A stretch of 60,642 nt of DNA, filler included. It is 3 parts of 3 records of this genome, joined end to end, with 100 filler letters (N's around TTAATTAATTAA, not from the genome) between each part and the next. Parts side by side here need not be neighbours in the genome. Positions count along the whole stretch, not along the records: positions 1 to 27,231 come from SRR20825019_2999; 2 more parts are not named here. One strand, written 5' to 3'. Each line of letters starts with the position of its first letter. The first letter of the stretch is position 1. Shown one piece after another: positions 11,373 through 22,958 of the stretch. The notes under the pieces were generated by a model, which had not been told where the DNA came from, made no database searches, and saw only the letters and a program-made list of their open reading frames with translations. A program made the position numbers and the translations under genes.

Positions 11373-14015
11373 TCACATCTGCTGTTGACTGTCAGAGTTC
11401 CTCATAAGGGGAACAAATGACCACCGGCGATGACCATATGGTCCTTTTCCGTGCCCACGTTGTTCAACTGGGAGGTCTTCACCGGAGTCTTCAGACTCGG
11501 TGTCGGAATCCTTCATTATTATTTTTTTCTTGTTCCGGAAAACCTCATCCCAAGAATCCTTGGCTCGCACCTTCCTTTCTATAACCTTAAACTTATATTT
11601 GAATTTCTCACGGTACTCCTTCTGTCTCTCCTTTTTCTGCCTGTCGTGTTCCTCAGCCAGCCGCTTTAATTCCTCGCTGTGCACATGCATTCTATCAATA
11701 ATCACGGATAACTGAAACCCCTAGAATAATACTTACGGGGATACCCTCCTCTTCTTCTCCTTATTTCCTTTGTACCATCCAATCACGTTCGCACTGACTG
11801 AAGATCTTCTGCGTGTAGAGTTCTTGCGCAATACATAGGCAGCAAGCCCCGAGTTTGAGTTTGTTCGTTCTGATGGGGGCAATTCGATGTCTCCACCACT
11901 AAGGCCAGGTGGAGTCATACCCACAGTTTTTGGAGTTCCTAAATCATCCGATTCCTCAAAGGTCACTCCAGGTCTCTGGGAGATAGTGCCCGCGCTTCGC
12001 TGGGAAGTGCGACCGCTCCCTTCGCTGGACGCCGACCCCACCGACGACATTGATGCGGCCGATGAAGTTCGTGATAATTCCAAAGTGCCTCCTAAGACGT
12101 TGACGCTAGGACGCCTGATTGAGTTTGGATCAAAACCACCCAGGCTGATAACCGAGAACCCGCGAGTTTTCTCTTGCTGGATATTCCCTTCTGGTGATGT
12201 CAGCGGTTGGGATCGACCTTTTCTTCGGAGAGCATCAGCAGTGAGGGCCTCTTTGGCAGCAAGGGGGTGTTGACCTTCCATGTTTGCTCCCGCGGACTGG
12301 GCCCCTTTCCTTTCCTTGCGTCGCTCAAGTTTCTCTCTCATCTCGTCCATCGTGGGGCCTTTGTAATTCTCGATCTCTTCTACAAGTGACTTCAATTTGT
12401 AGAATGTGGCTGTCGGAATGTCAGGTAACAAAGAAGCACACTGCTTTGGCAAGAATACCTGCATCCCTGGTGTCTTCTACAATGGACGGAGGTTTCTCTG
12501 GCTTCGGCTGCACATTTATAAGGCTAAAACCGAAATTCCCTGGAAGATACCATTCTTACCTCCTGACTCTTTCTCATTCTCTCCTCGCATTTCTTGCATC
12601 TTCTGCGTGACCTTATTTTAGCATCCAACTAGCCTTTCAAGCCCATAACCTACGCTTTGTCTTCATCTCCTCTGTTCCAAAATATCTCTACTTCCTTGCG
12701 GAGTGACGCATACAATTCTGGCGTTAGCACCATCGCCCAAGGATTGAACCCCTGATTAGACTTCGTTAGCCAAGCCAACTTCTACTCGATAGTGTCACAT
12801 ACACTTTGCCTTGTAGTCTGATCCTCGAAATTGGTAACCTTGGGTAACCTGTAGCGGAGTCAGTCATACCACTATGATTCCCAAATAATCAACTTACGCA
12901 TCCTGAGCATAGCGGTCGGGGTTATAGTCCAGTTGGGATGTGTCTGTTGTAACTGAACCAGACTAGGATAGAGTTAGATCCCAACGTTATGACACACTAT
13001 GTTCAATACACACCATATGTGAATTGACCTTCTCTCTTCCAGTAACCTTGAGGTTAACCTACCCATTCAACTCAGCCACTTGCGCTATGGTTCTGGCATA
13101 TGAAACTCACCTGTTGTTCCTTCATGGTTCCAGACTTCGCTGCGTACTTCGGATTGTACTTTCCTGGCCCCATGAAATCAATCCCCTTTCCAAAGCGCGG
13201 GCCTTTGTTCTGTCGAAAGAGCGGTCAGAGGTCCCGAAACAGATATGTTACATGAGCCATACGTGAAGAGGCGCTGGTGTCGGTGATCGTGAAAACTTCG
13301 ACAGGAGCTTGTCATCAGGGTTGAAGAGTGCATCACTGGCAACTTCAGGCCACTTCTCCCGATCCCAAGGCATGTGTCTTCGCGAGGTTTTGTGGTCAGC
13401 ATCGGCTATTTCATGACGTCTCTGCTACTTACCGAAAGTTCCAATCCTCGTTGGTGTGCTTGCACCAGACATACTCGCTTGGAAAGTCTGCTCGCATGTT
13501 TAGGATACGGATTTATCACTCTTCATTGTCACTTACACAGCGGCATTGTCTTATTCACATCCGGGGTCAGGAGGGGTCGGTGGCAGGGGTCATCAGATAT
13601 GTCTCGCGACGCAAAACCCATTGGCTGGCCGGGCGGCTTTTTAAGCTTGGTAGTGACCTCAGGGTTGGGGTATAGAGCACTGCCGGGAAGGTGAATGGCC
13701 TTTCGGCGGAGAAACGGAAGCTTCTCCACGTTTTCATTTTCTACGAACTCCAGACGTTTTTCAAGGTCCGCATTGGTGTTCTCCACTCTCTTGATCAACT
13801 CTATGGTCTCCCTGCAAACGTTGTCAACAAGTGAGGTCAAGATGATGAACTTTCTTCACAAACTTTGAGAACTGATGTGCGGAGGCCATGGGAACGTTTA
13901 GCGAAGCCATGGCCTTCTCAAAAGCCCCAACATTTTGTGATGCACGGCGATTTTGGGAAACGGACGCCTGTGATGCTCGTCGCTGCATCGTGTCCTTGGC
14001 TGGAGTGTCCGCCAT
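11373..14015 (-). CDS. Hypothetical multi-exon protein with coiled-coil and Ser-rich regions
   Basis: Collinear minus-strand ORFs (13824-14015, 13529-13840, 11733-12464, 11373-11705) separated by short GT-AG segments; the first two join in frame as FSK|ETIELIKR. Internal exons only partly resolved. Confidence 0.55.
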
Positions 14016-14249
14016 CGCTCCTCAGACTCCTTTGCACGTTGAAACACGAGTCATCTCCTTCTTATGCCTATTCGTTTTCCATGCGTGTCCCAATAACACT
14101 TCGTTGCCGGGTCCATCCAGTTTCCCAGTGGCCTTCGGCAAAAGGCTGTTCAAGACTCCGAGTGGGGAGTGACAGGCGGTCCGGTTTGAGCTTGCCGCAC
14201 GATCTGAGCAGCAGCCCCACAGTTCCAGTGCTCCGTACTCGTCCTGAGG

Positions 14250-14880
14250 ACACCTGGCGAGGCGCGCCGGCGGTGGGGCCCCGCAGCCTCGGCTCACAGG
14301 GCGGTCCGGGCCGTGGTCCGGCGGTCCCGGCAGCCGGGCTCAAGGCCCGCGGCGGGCCGGCCGGTGCCATTTGGGTAATTACTAATCCGATCCGTAAGGG
14401 CGCGTGACAGTCCGTGCACCAAACTGTCACAATGTAAACGGCCAGTTTCATAATTGACATGTGCCACAAAATATGGGCGTCCCAAAAGGGGGTCAAATCT
14501 GATTATCTGATTGTTGTCGAGCCCGGCGTTCGGTGCCGGGTGCAAGGACCGACGCGGCCGGCGGCCGCCGGCGGCGCCTCACACATGCACAGTCCTGAGC
14601 GGCGCTGGCGCTGGCCGGTGCGCCGCTGAGCCGACCCGCGAGCCCGGCCAACCCAGCCGGCGCCGCGGCTGCCCGAGGCCCGACCCGGAGCCGCGGCCCG
14701 GCGACAGGCGGGCGCCGGCAAGGGCGCTGACCAGTCACGGGGACTGAAGCGCTCCGGCTGGCCAGCGACCGGACGCGACCGGCCCCGTCACCCAGCTAAG
14801 CCGGGAGTCCCGGCGCCGGCAGCCGGGGTACGGTCCCCTGCGGGCAGCGCCGGCGGGGCCGCGCCACCGCCTTCCGGTAG
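14250..14880. promoter_or_regulatory. Bidirectional promoter: GC-rich flanks around an AT-richer core
   Basis: Lies between divergent genes. The core (about 14370-14520) holds the perfect inverted repeat GTGACAGT-N11-ACTGTCAC (14404-14430). Confidence 0.55.
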
Positions 14881-14991
14881 TGTAAGGTCATCACTTCAAG
14901 ACTCCGCTGCTGGCGCTCAGCTTGCGGGCACATCCAACGCGTGTATATGTTTGTTTGCTGGATTTAGAAAGCTGCGGTTAGTTCGTTGAAA

Positions 14992-16182
14992 ATGGAAAAC
15001 GGCGGAAACAACCCGGTGGGGATGGACGCCCCGTCCCCCTACGTGTACCTTCCTCCTCTTCCCCTCTTGCTCCCCGTAGGATATTTTATGGGTTTGTTTT
15101 TATTAGTGTGCTGACCATGTATTCTAGGAAATGGCCGAGGCTCTGAAGAAACAAGGGAAGGTGAACGTTGCCACACCTAAGTCGGAAGCCGAACATTTGT
15201 ATGAACTCTACAAGCGTACAGCAGAAAAGGTTGCGGAGTACGATGAGAGCTCAAAGAAGTCACACAATTTGAAGATGCGGGATGTTGTGCTTGGCTTTAT
15301 GTCTTATATCCCTAGTGTGTCCACTGTTCGCCGCGACGGCGAGGAGCGTTCTGTGGACTCCAGGACGCTGGTCCCAGGAGATGTTGTAATCTTGAAGGCT
15401 GGAGGAAGTGCAGGGGCTGCTGTGGACGCTGACATGAGGATCATAAGCTGCTCTTCTGATTGCACGGTGTGTATATATTGGCTTCTTCGGTCGGTTTGTC
15501 TAACCATGGCGTGTGAAGGTCTTCACCCATCCTGTTGTCCCCAAGGATGCCGAATATCGCCCTGCGAAGCGCTCTGCCGGAAGTAAGAGTGGCGGCGCTT
15601 TTGCGGCTGAGAACATGCTTTGGAGCGGCACATTTGTTGTGACAGGTGCGGGTTGCGGGCAGTGTGCATTTTTTTTCTCTGATAGAGAACTTCCAGGCTC
15701 TGCTGTGGCGGTCGTGGTGGCTACTGGAGACTTCACCGCAGGGGCACGCGTTGATGCTTGGTGTGAGGGAATGAAGCTGGGAGGTAGGGTACCTTTCTTT
15801 GTATTCCAACCACACTGATAGACTCGGTTTCTAGGGGACGCGCTGAGTGCGAAGGGGATGCAGAAGGAGGAGGGTCGTGTTGCCAGTGGCTCTGATAAGG
15901 TGGGTTGCGGGTTGCGACTCGGAACAGAACTCACGATGTGCTAATGGGAATACACAGCTCCATTCCTTGAATCTGGTACAGGAGTTTGAGAAGACCATTG
16001 ATGTGCACACGATATCGGACAGGGATATTCTGCTGCGTGTGGATACCCCGCTGGATAACGGCCTTTCTACGAATGAGCACGACCGCCGAGTAGAGGAAGT
16101 TAGAGAGAACAATAGGACAAAGATCCCAAACATAGCTGGCGAGGCAGCGGGCGGAAAGTGTGCCAAGTGTGCCATCATGTAA
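14992..16182 (+). CDS. Stand-alone P-type ATPase actuator-domain protein, permuted order, C-terminal CaaX (CAIM)
   Basis: Exons 14992-15075, 15128-15466, 15519-15645, 15697-15783, 15835-15899 and 15958-16182 sum to 927 nt (308 aa + TAA). Contains STVRRDGEERSVDSRTLVPGDVVILKAG..ADMRII..ENMLWSGTFVVTGSAVAVVVATGDFT, then DVHTISDRDILLRVDTPLDNGLSTNEHDRRVEE. No TM helices and no DKTGT. Confidence 0.8.
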
Positions 16183-16330
16183 AGCTCGACAAAGAGATAT
16201 GGCATGCTGTAGTGTTTAAAAAGCTGCATTTGGGTCCAAAAAGAAAACAGTGTGTCATAATACAGTGGCGTCACTCGATGACTCGGCATGCTCTACCGCC
16301 TGGCCATCACGCTAAGAAAGCCAATTTCTC

Positions 16331-16785
16331 CTATTGCTTATTCTTGGGATTGTGCTTCTGCAAATAGGCAGCGAGAAACTCCACGGGGTCGGAGGGTCTA
16401 CACGGGATGTGAGTACCAGCACTATGCACAGCTAGACCCGGCCTACCTCTCCTTCACAAGCTGCGACAGAGCCTGCAACAGAATCGGGACTACGGTATGG
16501 TCCAGGTAGGCACGGATGGGAAGGGCATTGGCAGGAACCTTCTGCTGATCACCAAGAGAGCCCGCCACATCCTGAGCGTGGGCAGCCTGGAGAAAAACTG
16601 AGACCAGGAACAGACACAGTCATACACTACACGAACCTCATCCTTGTTATCAAGTCCACTCAAGAGAGCATCAGCAGCGGCGCCGGCATCGGACCCGGCG
16701 GCGGGTGTTCCAGCTTCACGAAGAGTTAGGAAGTATACCACACACACCAACACGTGCACGCACCAACTTCACCGTTGTCAGACAT
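16331..16785 (-). CDS. DPY30: Dpy-30 family protein (101 aa)
   Basis: Four exons (introns 16714-16763, 16587-16636, 16398-16446) give [43 protein letters not shown], the Dpy-30 motif. Missed by the ORF track. Confidence 0.92.
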
Positions 16786-16999
16786 GACGGACCTATTGTA
16801 AAACTTGATTGTATATTGTGCCACAGATACTTAAGGAGTTGATGAAAGTCAAAAGTTCCCTACACGACTTGAAAGGTGATGTTGGCAGCGTTGTTACTGG
16901 GTGGGGTCCGCGTGGACATTATGGACGGACAGCCAACTACCAATAGGCAACGCGACGTGTACTTCCCACTCGCCTGCCTATCCGCCTTCACGGACTGTC

Positions 17000-17640
17000 A
17001 TGCGCCCGCGGCATGACCGCGGCCCGGCCGGGCCCAGTCCGGCAGTCAGAGGGTCCCGGGACTGGCCGGCCGGGCGGCGCGGCCGGGGGCGGCGCGGCCG
17101 CGGGGGGCCGGGGCTCGGTGCTTAGTCAGTTGGGACCGGACCCCGACAGACTCGTGACGATCGCCCGGGCGGTGTCGTCGTGCTGAGCTGCCCGTGACCA
17201 TCCGTCTCGTTCCAATTCAGGGTCGGTTAGGATGGCGGCCAACCCCGGACGCGCCCGGTCGTCAGGCCAACGCCGGTGTTTGAAATGTGATTCGAATACG
17301 TTATTTCGAAATGCACTGGATTAACCGAATAACATGAAGCCTAAAGTAGACTATTAAGATGAGACACCTAAACCATCTGGTACGGCGCCGGGCCACGGCG
17401 CCGCCGGGGCGCCGGGCGGCCCGCGCGGGGCGCGCCGGGCGGCCGGCCGGCCGTGGGCGGCCTCGCCCCCGCAGGGCCCCCGCCGCGGCCCGCCGGCCGG
17501 GACTGCTCCGCCCCCGTCCGTGGGGTCCGGGACCCCCGGGCCTCAGTGGGCCGCCCTGACGGTGCCCGAGAGGCTATGTACTGTCGGCTGCCGCCGTATG
17601 TGGCTCAGTGCCGCCGTCGGAACGCTCAAACCGGGCTGTG
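17000..17640. promoter_or_regulatory. Bidirectional promoter island (Dpy-30 / TANGO2)
   Basis: 17401-17460 is 59/60 G+C, while the central core 17281-17340 is 21/60 G+C and carries TTCGAA palindromes. Confidence 0.55.
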
Positions 17641-17742
17641 ATCGCTTTGCTGAACCAATTAACTTTCTCCAACTAGGAAACAGTAACCTTTTATAAATGA
17701 GTGAGAGCTACAGTGAACATGACAAGAGAAATAGTCAGCATC

Positions 17743-18621
17743 ATGTGTATTCTATCCATATATAGAAGTGTGTCTGCCGATCATCCATACTCTTGTGTTA
17801 TTATCAGCAACCGCGATGAAGATCCGAAGAGGCCGTTCGCTCCTCCCGTAACTGATACTGAGGCAGGTTTTGTCGGCTCACGTGATCTACAGCGCGGTGG
17901 GGCACAACTGGGCCTCCACCCGTCCCGCCTTTCATTTGCTGGACTCACAAACTTCCACGAACATGACGAAGGTAACCCTGATGGCGAACGTCGGGCAAGC
18001 ATTGCGCTGTCCCGAGGTCATCTCGTTATGGACTTTCTTACGAAAGAACACTTGGCAACAGCAACAGAAATGGAGAACCACCGTGGATTCAATATGGTAG
18101 TATGTGAGGACTTAACAGCGAAGCCGCTGGAGTTCAAGTATTGTACAAATCGGTGGAGTGATGAAGTTGGGTTCAAAGTGCACATGCGGGAGATGAGGGA
18201 AGGTGGGGTGGACTGCGTGTCGAATGGGGTCATGGATGATAAGTGGCCCAAGTGTCGCCATTTGAAGATGCGGCTGCAAGAGGTGATGGAGGAAATCAAT
18301 GGATCTGCCGAGCCAGTGTGTGCTGAAGATGTTCGGGATAGAGTGGCGGAGTTACTCTGTGACAAAACACCTTTCCAGTTTGAAGATCTGAACCTTCCAT
18401 GTGGAGCGCGTCATCTGGAGGATGAGAACTGGAAGGATTTGGTGAATACTTATGGAAGCGTGTACGTTGGAGATTGCAACTGGCATCGCACGTTGTCTCA
18501 GACCGTCATTATGGTCAAGAGATCAGGTGATGTGGTATATTCCTTCCGTAGGGCCGGTGCTGCCGAGGGTGAGTCGCCCTCCTCATGGACCACCTTTCAC
18601 CTGAACAAGAACAAGCAATAA
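17743..18621 (+). CDS. TANGO2: TANGO2/NRDE family protein
   Basis: Starts MCI; motifs SNRDE..RP, RDLQRGG, LTNF, SRGHLV, RGFNMV, VSNG..WPK, TLSQTVI. Confidence 0.88.
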   Translation: MCILSIYRSVSADHPYSCVIISNRDEDPKRPFAPPVTDTEAGFVGSRDLQRGGAQLGLHPSRLSFAGLTNFHEHDEGNPDGERRASIALSRGHLVMDFLTKEHLATATEMENHRGFNMVVCEDLTAKPLEFKYCTNRWSDEVGFKVHMREMREGGVDCVSNGVMDDKWPKCRHLKMRLQEVMEEINGSAEPVCAEDVRDRVAELLCDKTPFQFEDLNLPCGARHLEDENWKDLVNTYGSVYVGDCNWHRTLSQTVIMVKRSGDVVYSFRRAGAAEGESPSSWTTFHLNKNKQ

Positions 18622-18631
18622 TGCACATGGT

Positions 18632-20957
18632 TTAATTGACTGCATATGCCAGCCGCTCCATCTTGAGGTTGAGAGTACAGCCGCTGGAAGTTGTTGAGGC
18701 CCGGTGTTTGCTATCCTGATTGACCGTGTCCAACACATTGCGCAGATCGTTGGACTTGGACGAGTTGATCGCATCGAACGCCGCTGCGAAGGAGGAAGTT
18801 GGGTCACCTATCGTGGAATTCTCTGTCACTGGTGCCAGGCCAGAGGCGCCAGATCCACCCCTGCTGCTGCTTTTGTTGGTTGCCGTTGTCCTACGGCTGC
18901 CCAGGGATACTGTAGCGAAAGTCTTCCTTGTGTTGGGTTTGGCATAAGGCCGCGACAACACGCTGTTCACACGGGAGTGGTTCTTCCCGACATTCTCGAT
19001 AAATGTTTCCTTAGAAAACAAGAGATTTTCGGGTGTCTGGAGCAGCAATATTAGTACTTGACAGTCGGCACAAAATCAAGCAGTATACCTGAGACGGCTT
19101 AGAAGTATCTCCAGCCTTGTCTGACACAACCGAGAGCGGAGAATCTTGCTTTGCTACGGACACCTCCAGTTCCTTGAACATCCCCGACGACTTCATGTCT
19201 GCAACTACCTTTGCAACGTACTCGGCCAGCTTGCCTGTGCCTGACGCCTTCCGGGAGAGCTGAACAAAGAGTCCCGCAACCACAGCATGGGCCATGCGCT
19301 GCAAGGATGCCGACGGCGCACCGTCAGCTTGCTCCTGAATATAGAAATAGGCAGAGCTGCCAACGTTCAGCTCCAGGGACGCATCTTCATCTATAAACAC
19401 AGACATGATGCGATGTACATACTGCGCGTGGCTCGGCTCGGTATCGCGCAAGAACAGTACGTCGGCCATCGTGGACCTGACTTGATCCTGTTGCTCCTTC
19501 CGGAAGAAATCATGTACCTTCTTGAAGTCTTTCTTCGCTGGCATGCGGAACTGCGAAGGAAGCGCACCGGTTGCTGCGGACTTGATGCGGAGGGCCAGGG
19601 TTACAACAAAGAGATCCAACAGTCCCTTGCGAGTGTTGGCATGCACGGTCAAGAATGAGTCCATAAATGCCTTCAGAAGGGAGTCGGGGTATGTGGGATG
19701 TGCTTTCATGTTGAGTTGAGTTGTTACCTTGATGCAAGAGCTTAGCACAGAGCGGACGGCATCCTCACTGCCCTTCTTCCTATCAGCCTGAGCAAGCTGC
19801 TGGATCATCATCGTCAACACGTCCACCAGGGCAGGCGAGTCTGCCGCAACTGCCGCAATACCCTCTACCGCGTTAAGAATTTCGCCAGCAACATTGTTGT
19901 CCTTAGCGGCAAAGTACGCTGACACTAGCACGGACACAACCTCCAGGATCCAGTGCCCTACAGCAGTGGTATCTTTGGCAGCGGTGGTCATTACTCTGAG
20001 CATGGGGATGAGTGTACTCCCGTGTGAGCCATGGTGGTTGGCGTGGTCAAACTCTTGAACGAGGTTCGAGAACACGAGATACGCATAAGGAACGCTAGTG
20101 GCCCTAGTGATAGCCGACATCAGACTTCCTGCAAACTCATTCTCCCATAACTTGTGCTGTGTGAGATACTTGCAAGCCCCCCTCACTACAGCTCTGGCAA
20201 GCTTGTCGTGACCACTATTCATAGCGCGCTTCAGGACTGCCATCGCTGCCCTACCGGTCATGGCGGCTCCGTCCTCTTCACTGGCTCCGTGTCCATCCCC
20301 GGTTTTCCCCCCAAGCGAAAGCTCCTTCGGCGCAGACTGCAGGGCGCTGAAGCATATATCAACAGTTTTCTCAAGGTCGGCAGCAACCAGAGAACCATAG
20401 ACATATACACAGCTGTCTACAACCTCAAGGGCCAGCCCTCGCAGCTCTACACTGTCAGATGCAGCGCATGCAGCAACCTTGGTGAAAATGGCGTCCACAA
20501 AACTCCAGCTGGAGGGGTCTTGGTAGTCAACATATGTCTTAAGGTTGCGAAGAGCCAATGCCTTGTGTGCTGGCGTGGAGCCAAGCAAGATTCCGTACAC
20601 CTTTGTGGGGTACGCTCCCAGAAGAGTGCCATCCTCCCCGCTCACCTCAACCAGCATAGTAACCAAGTCGCAGTCTATCGCCGCCCATCCAGGGGCCTTG
20701 CTCACGTTTTTCTTGACTTCTTTCTCCAGGAACTTTCCACTCTTAGTCAACTTAGTCGGATACTTCAAAGCATATGCCTAACAAAGACATGAGCTCCTGC
20801 GTTAAAGGGATTATACCTACACGACAATACTCACCTTCAGTTTGCCAGCTTCCTTTGGAGACAAATTGAAGTCGTCCGGGTCATCCTCGGGGTAGCAACC
20901 CTTGATGAGAGCGCGGTACTTCGAAGGCGGCTTGAGCCACCCCACACGACTGCACAT
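18632..20957 (-). CDS. EFR3: EFR3-like ARM/HEAT-repeat protein
   Basis: Spliced N-terminus MCSRVGWLKPPSKYRALIKGCYP...KLK|AYALKYPTKLTKSGKFLEKEV matches my recollection of the EFR3 N-terminal signature. Intron 20778-20834, and a second intron near 19037-19088 joins ORF 18632-19048. Confidence 0.75.
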
Positions 20958-21049
20958 ATCGCTGTACTTCCCAACGGTCGATGTCCGTTGCTCTTATTTG
21001 TAGGTTCACTTTCCAGCGCTGCCCCTACTAACTGTGAGCGCCGTCACAG

Positions 21050-21755
21050 GTGCTGTGCTCCAAGCGGGCGGCCGCACGCTGCGGACCAGCCGGCGTACGC
21101 GAGACTACTGCAGCCGGCTCGCACTGGTTCCTACGCCGCGGCTACCGGCCGCGCCCGGGCCCGCTCCGCTGTCGCCCGTTCCCCCGGTTAGGCCCTGGCT
21201 CGCCGCAAGCCGACGGCCGGTCCCACAGAATTGAGCGCCCACGCCATCATCGCACCCACCAGACTCCGTCACGGTCAGCGGCACAGCCCGGCGGAGGCGG
21301 GCTCGGCCTGGCAGTCTCCTCCGGCCGGCAACTTCTGGGAGCCCGTGAACAGCGGTGAACAAAGCCCCTCATCACAAGGCCGGCCCACCGGTCACGGGTA
21401 GCCGGCCCATCAGTCCGCACGGTGCCCGGCGGCGCTCGACACGCCAAATCAAGTCGGGGTCATTCATTAATTACGTGAAATTAAACGGTTGTACCTTTTG
21501 CTCTGTCTGCCACCACTCTTTGCCGAGGTCAATGATCAGTGTGATGATTGACCCCGCCCGCCATGGCGGCCTGCTGGCCTGCCGGACGGGCCGCGACGCA
21601 TGAAGGTCCCACGGCCCCCCGCCCTGGAGCGGAGGCGCCGGCGCCGCCACTGAGGCGCCGCGGCAGGTCCGGCAGCGCCGGCCGGAGCCCGGGGGCCCCA
21701 ACTGACTGGCCCAGCCCGCCGGCGACCCGGCCCGGCCGCCAGACCGCCGGGGCAA
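21050..21755. promoter_or_regulatory. Bidirectional promoter island (EFR3 / NDUFAF8-like)
   Basis: GC-rich flanks around an AT-richer core (about 21445-21555) bounded by a 12/14 inverted repeat. Confidence 0.55.
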
Positions 21756-21822
21756 AGGATATTTCTAGCGAAGGTTTCCGTGATACAACTAGGACCAGGG
21801 GTGCCTTGAAGTCATAGCGAAA

Positions 21823-22092
21823 ATGACAGCGCGCCGCGTCACACAACGGTTTGGCCAGGGGATATCTTCGTGTGGACCGGAGGTAAGATGTCAAGGGGGC
21901 CGGAAGTGCCTTGGTCTAAACTAGAGTAGGTACTTGCTTACGGGAAGTGTGTTGAGGCAGCTGGTGCTGGCGTTAAGCAGGGTGGGTGCGAGAAGGAATT
22001 TCGCGCAATGCAGGCATGCGTGAGAACCGCAGTAAGTGTGGCAGTGTGTTTGTGAGCTCCAGGCTGAGACCATCCAGATGGCCAAGAAATAG
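21823..22092 (+). CDS. NDUFAF8: Twin CX9C protein, NDUFAF8-like (58 aa)
   Basis: Exons 21823-21882, 21930-22031 and 22078-22092 give MTARRVTQRFGQGISSCGPEVLAYGKCVEAAGAGVKQGGCEKEFRAMQACVRTAMAKK, with two exact CX9C motifs. Missed by the ORF track. Confidence 0.8.
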
Positions 22093-22269
22093 TGGACATG
22101 GACAGAAGTGCAACTATTCTCACATATAGGATCTCCCCATGACTGCACTGATATGGTTGTGCGCGCACTCAGCTCGTTAAGCTGAGAAATATGGAAAGGA
22201 ATCCTTGTCAGGGATGATCACTCAGTAAACGCTTGTGAAGATCGTTTGCCCCTGTTCCCGTCCCAAGTT

Positions 22270-22890
22270 GCGGCCGTGACGCCGCCGCGAGGCACAGAGG
22301 CGCTATCTTGCGACTGCTGCGACTGTCGGCTGGGCTGGGCCGCGTGGGCCGGCGGAACGGCAGCGGGGCCCCTTAGCGGCCCCCTGAGGGTCACGGCCGC
22401 CTGGGGCGTCCGACAGTGACTCGCAGCCGACTTCAGGGCTGACGGGACGAGCCCGAGCCGCCCGCGGGCCGCCGCGCGGCCGCCCGCTGCGCACTCCTGG
22501 ACCGAGGCACGAGTGCGGCCAGGAGGAGTGTCAAATTGTGAACCGTGTCGTCTCGAGGTCGATCACCGGCACTGCCGGCGGCGCCGGACCGGCGGACCGC
22601 CAGGCAACTTGAATTCCGCCTGATGAGGCCGGAACGCGGGGGACCGGAGCCGGGCGCCCGGTGCCCGGCGGCCCGCGCCGGCCGCCGGCCCCGCGGCCAC
22701 AGGACGGCGCCAGAGCGTTTTCCTTGCGGGAGCAGGCGAGCCCCAGTCCCGGCCCGGCCCGCCGCGCCGGGGCCGCCGTCGGGGCCGGCCGGGCCGGGGC
22801 CAGCCGGGCCCCGTGTCCACGGCATCGACCGGCTGCACTGACCCGCGGGGCACATGGCAGCCACTTAACCGGGGCTGCTCGCCGCGGCTA
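22270..22890 (+). promoter_or_regulatory. GC-rich promoter island upstream of the EB1-like gene
   Basis: Very GC-rich non-coding tract with several GTGAC/GTCAC words and TTGAATTCCGCCT at 22609-22621. Confidence 0.5.
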
Positions 22891-22958
22891 GGCGAGACGC
22901 AGACTTATATCTCAATATATGTCATCTCCTCGTCCAGAATGAACCATATTGTGGTGTG

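Noticed and set aside
14992-16182. P-type ATPase pseudogene fragment
   Set aside because: All five introns are canonical, the frame is intact, the gene ends in a CaaX motif and has its own promoter island.
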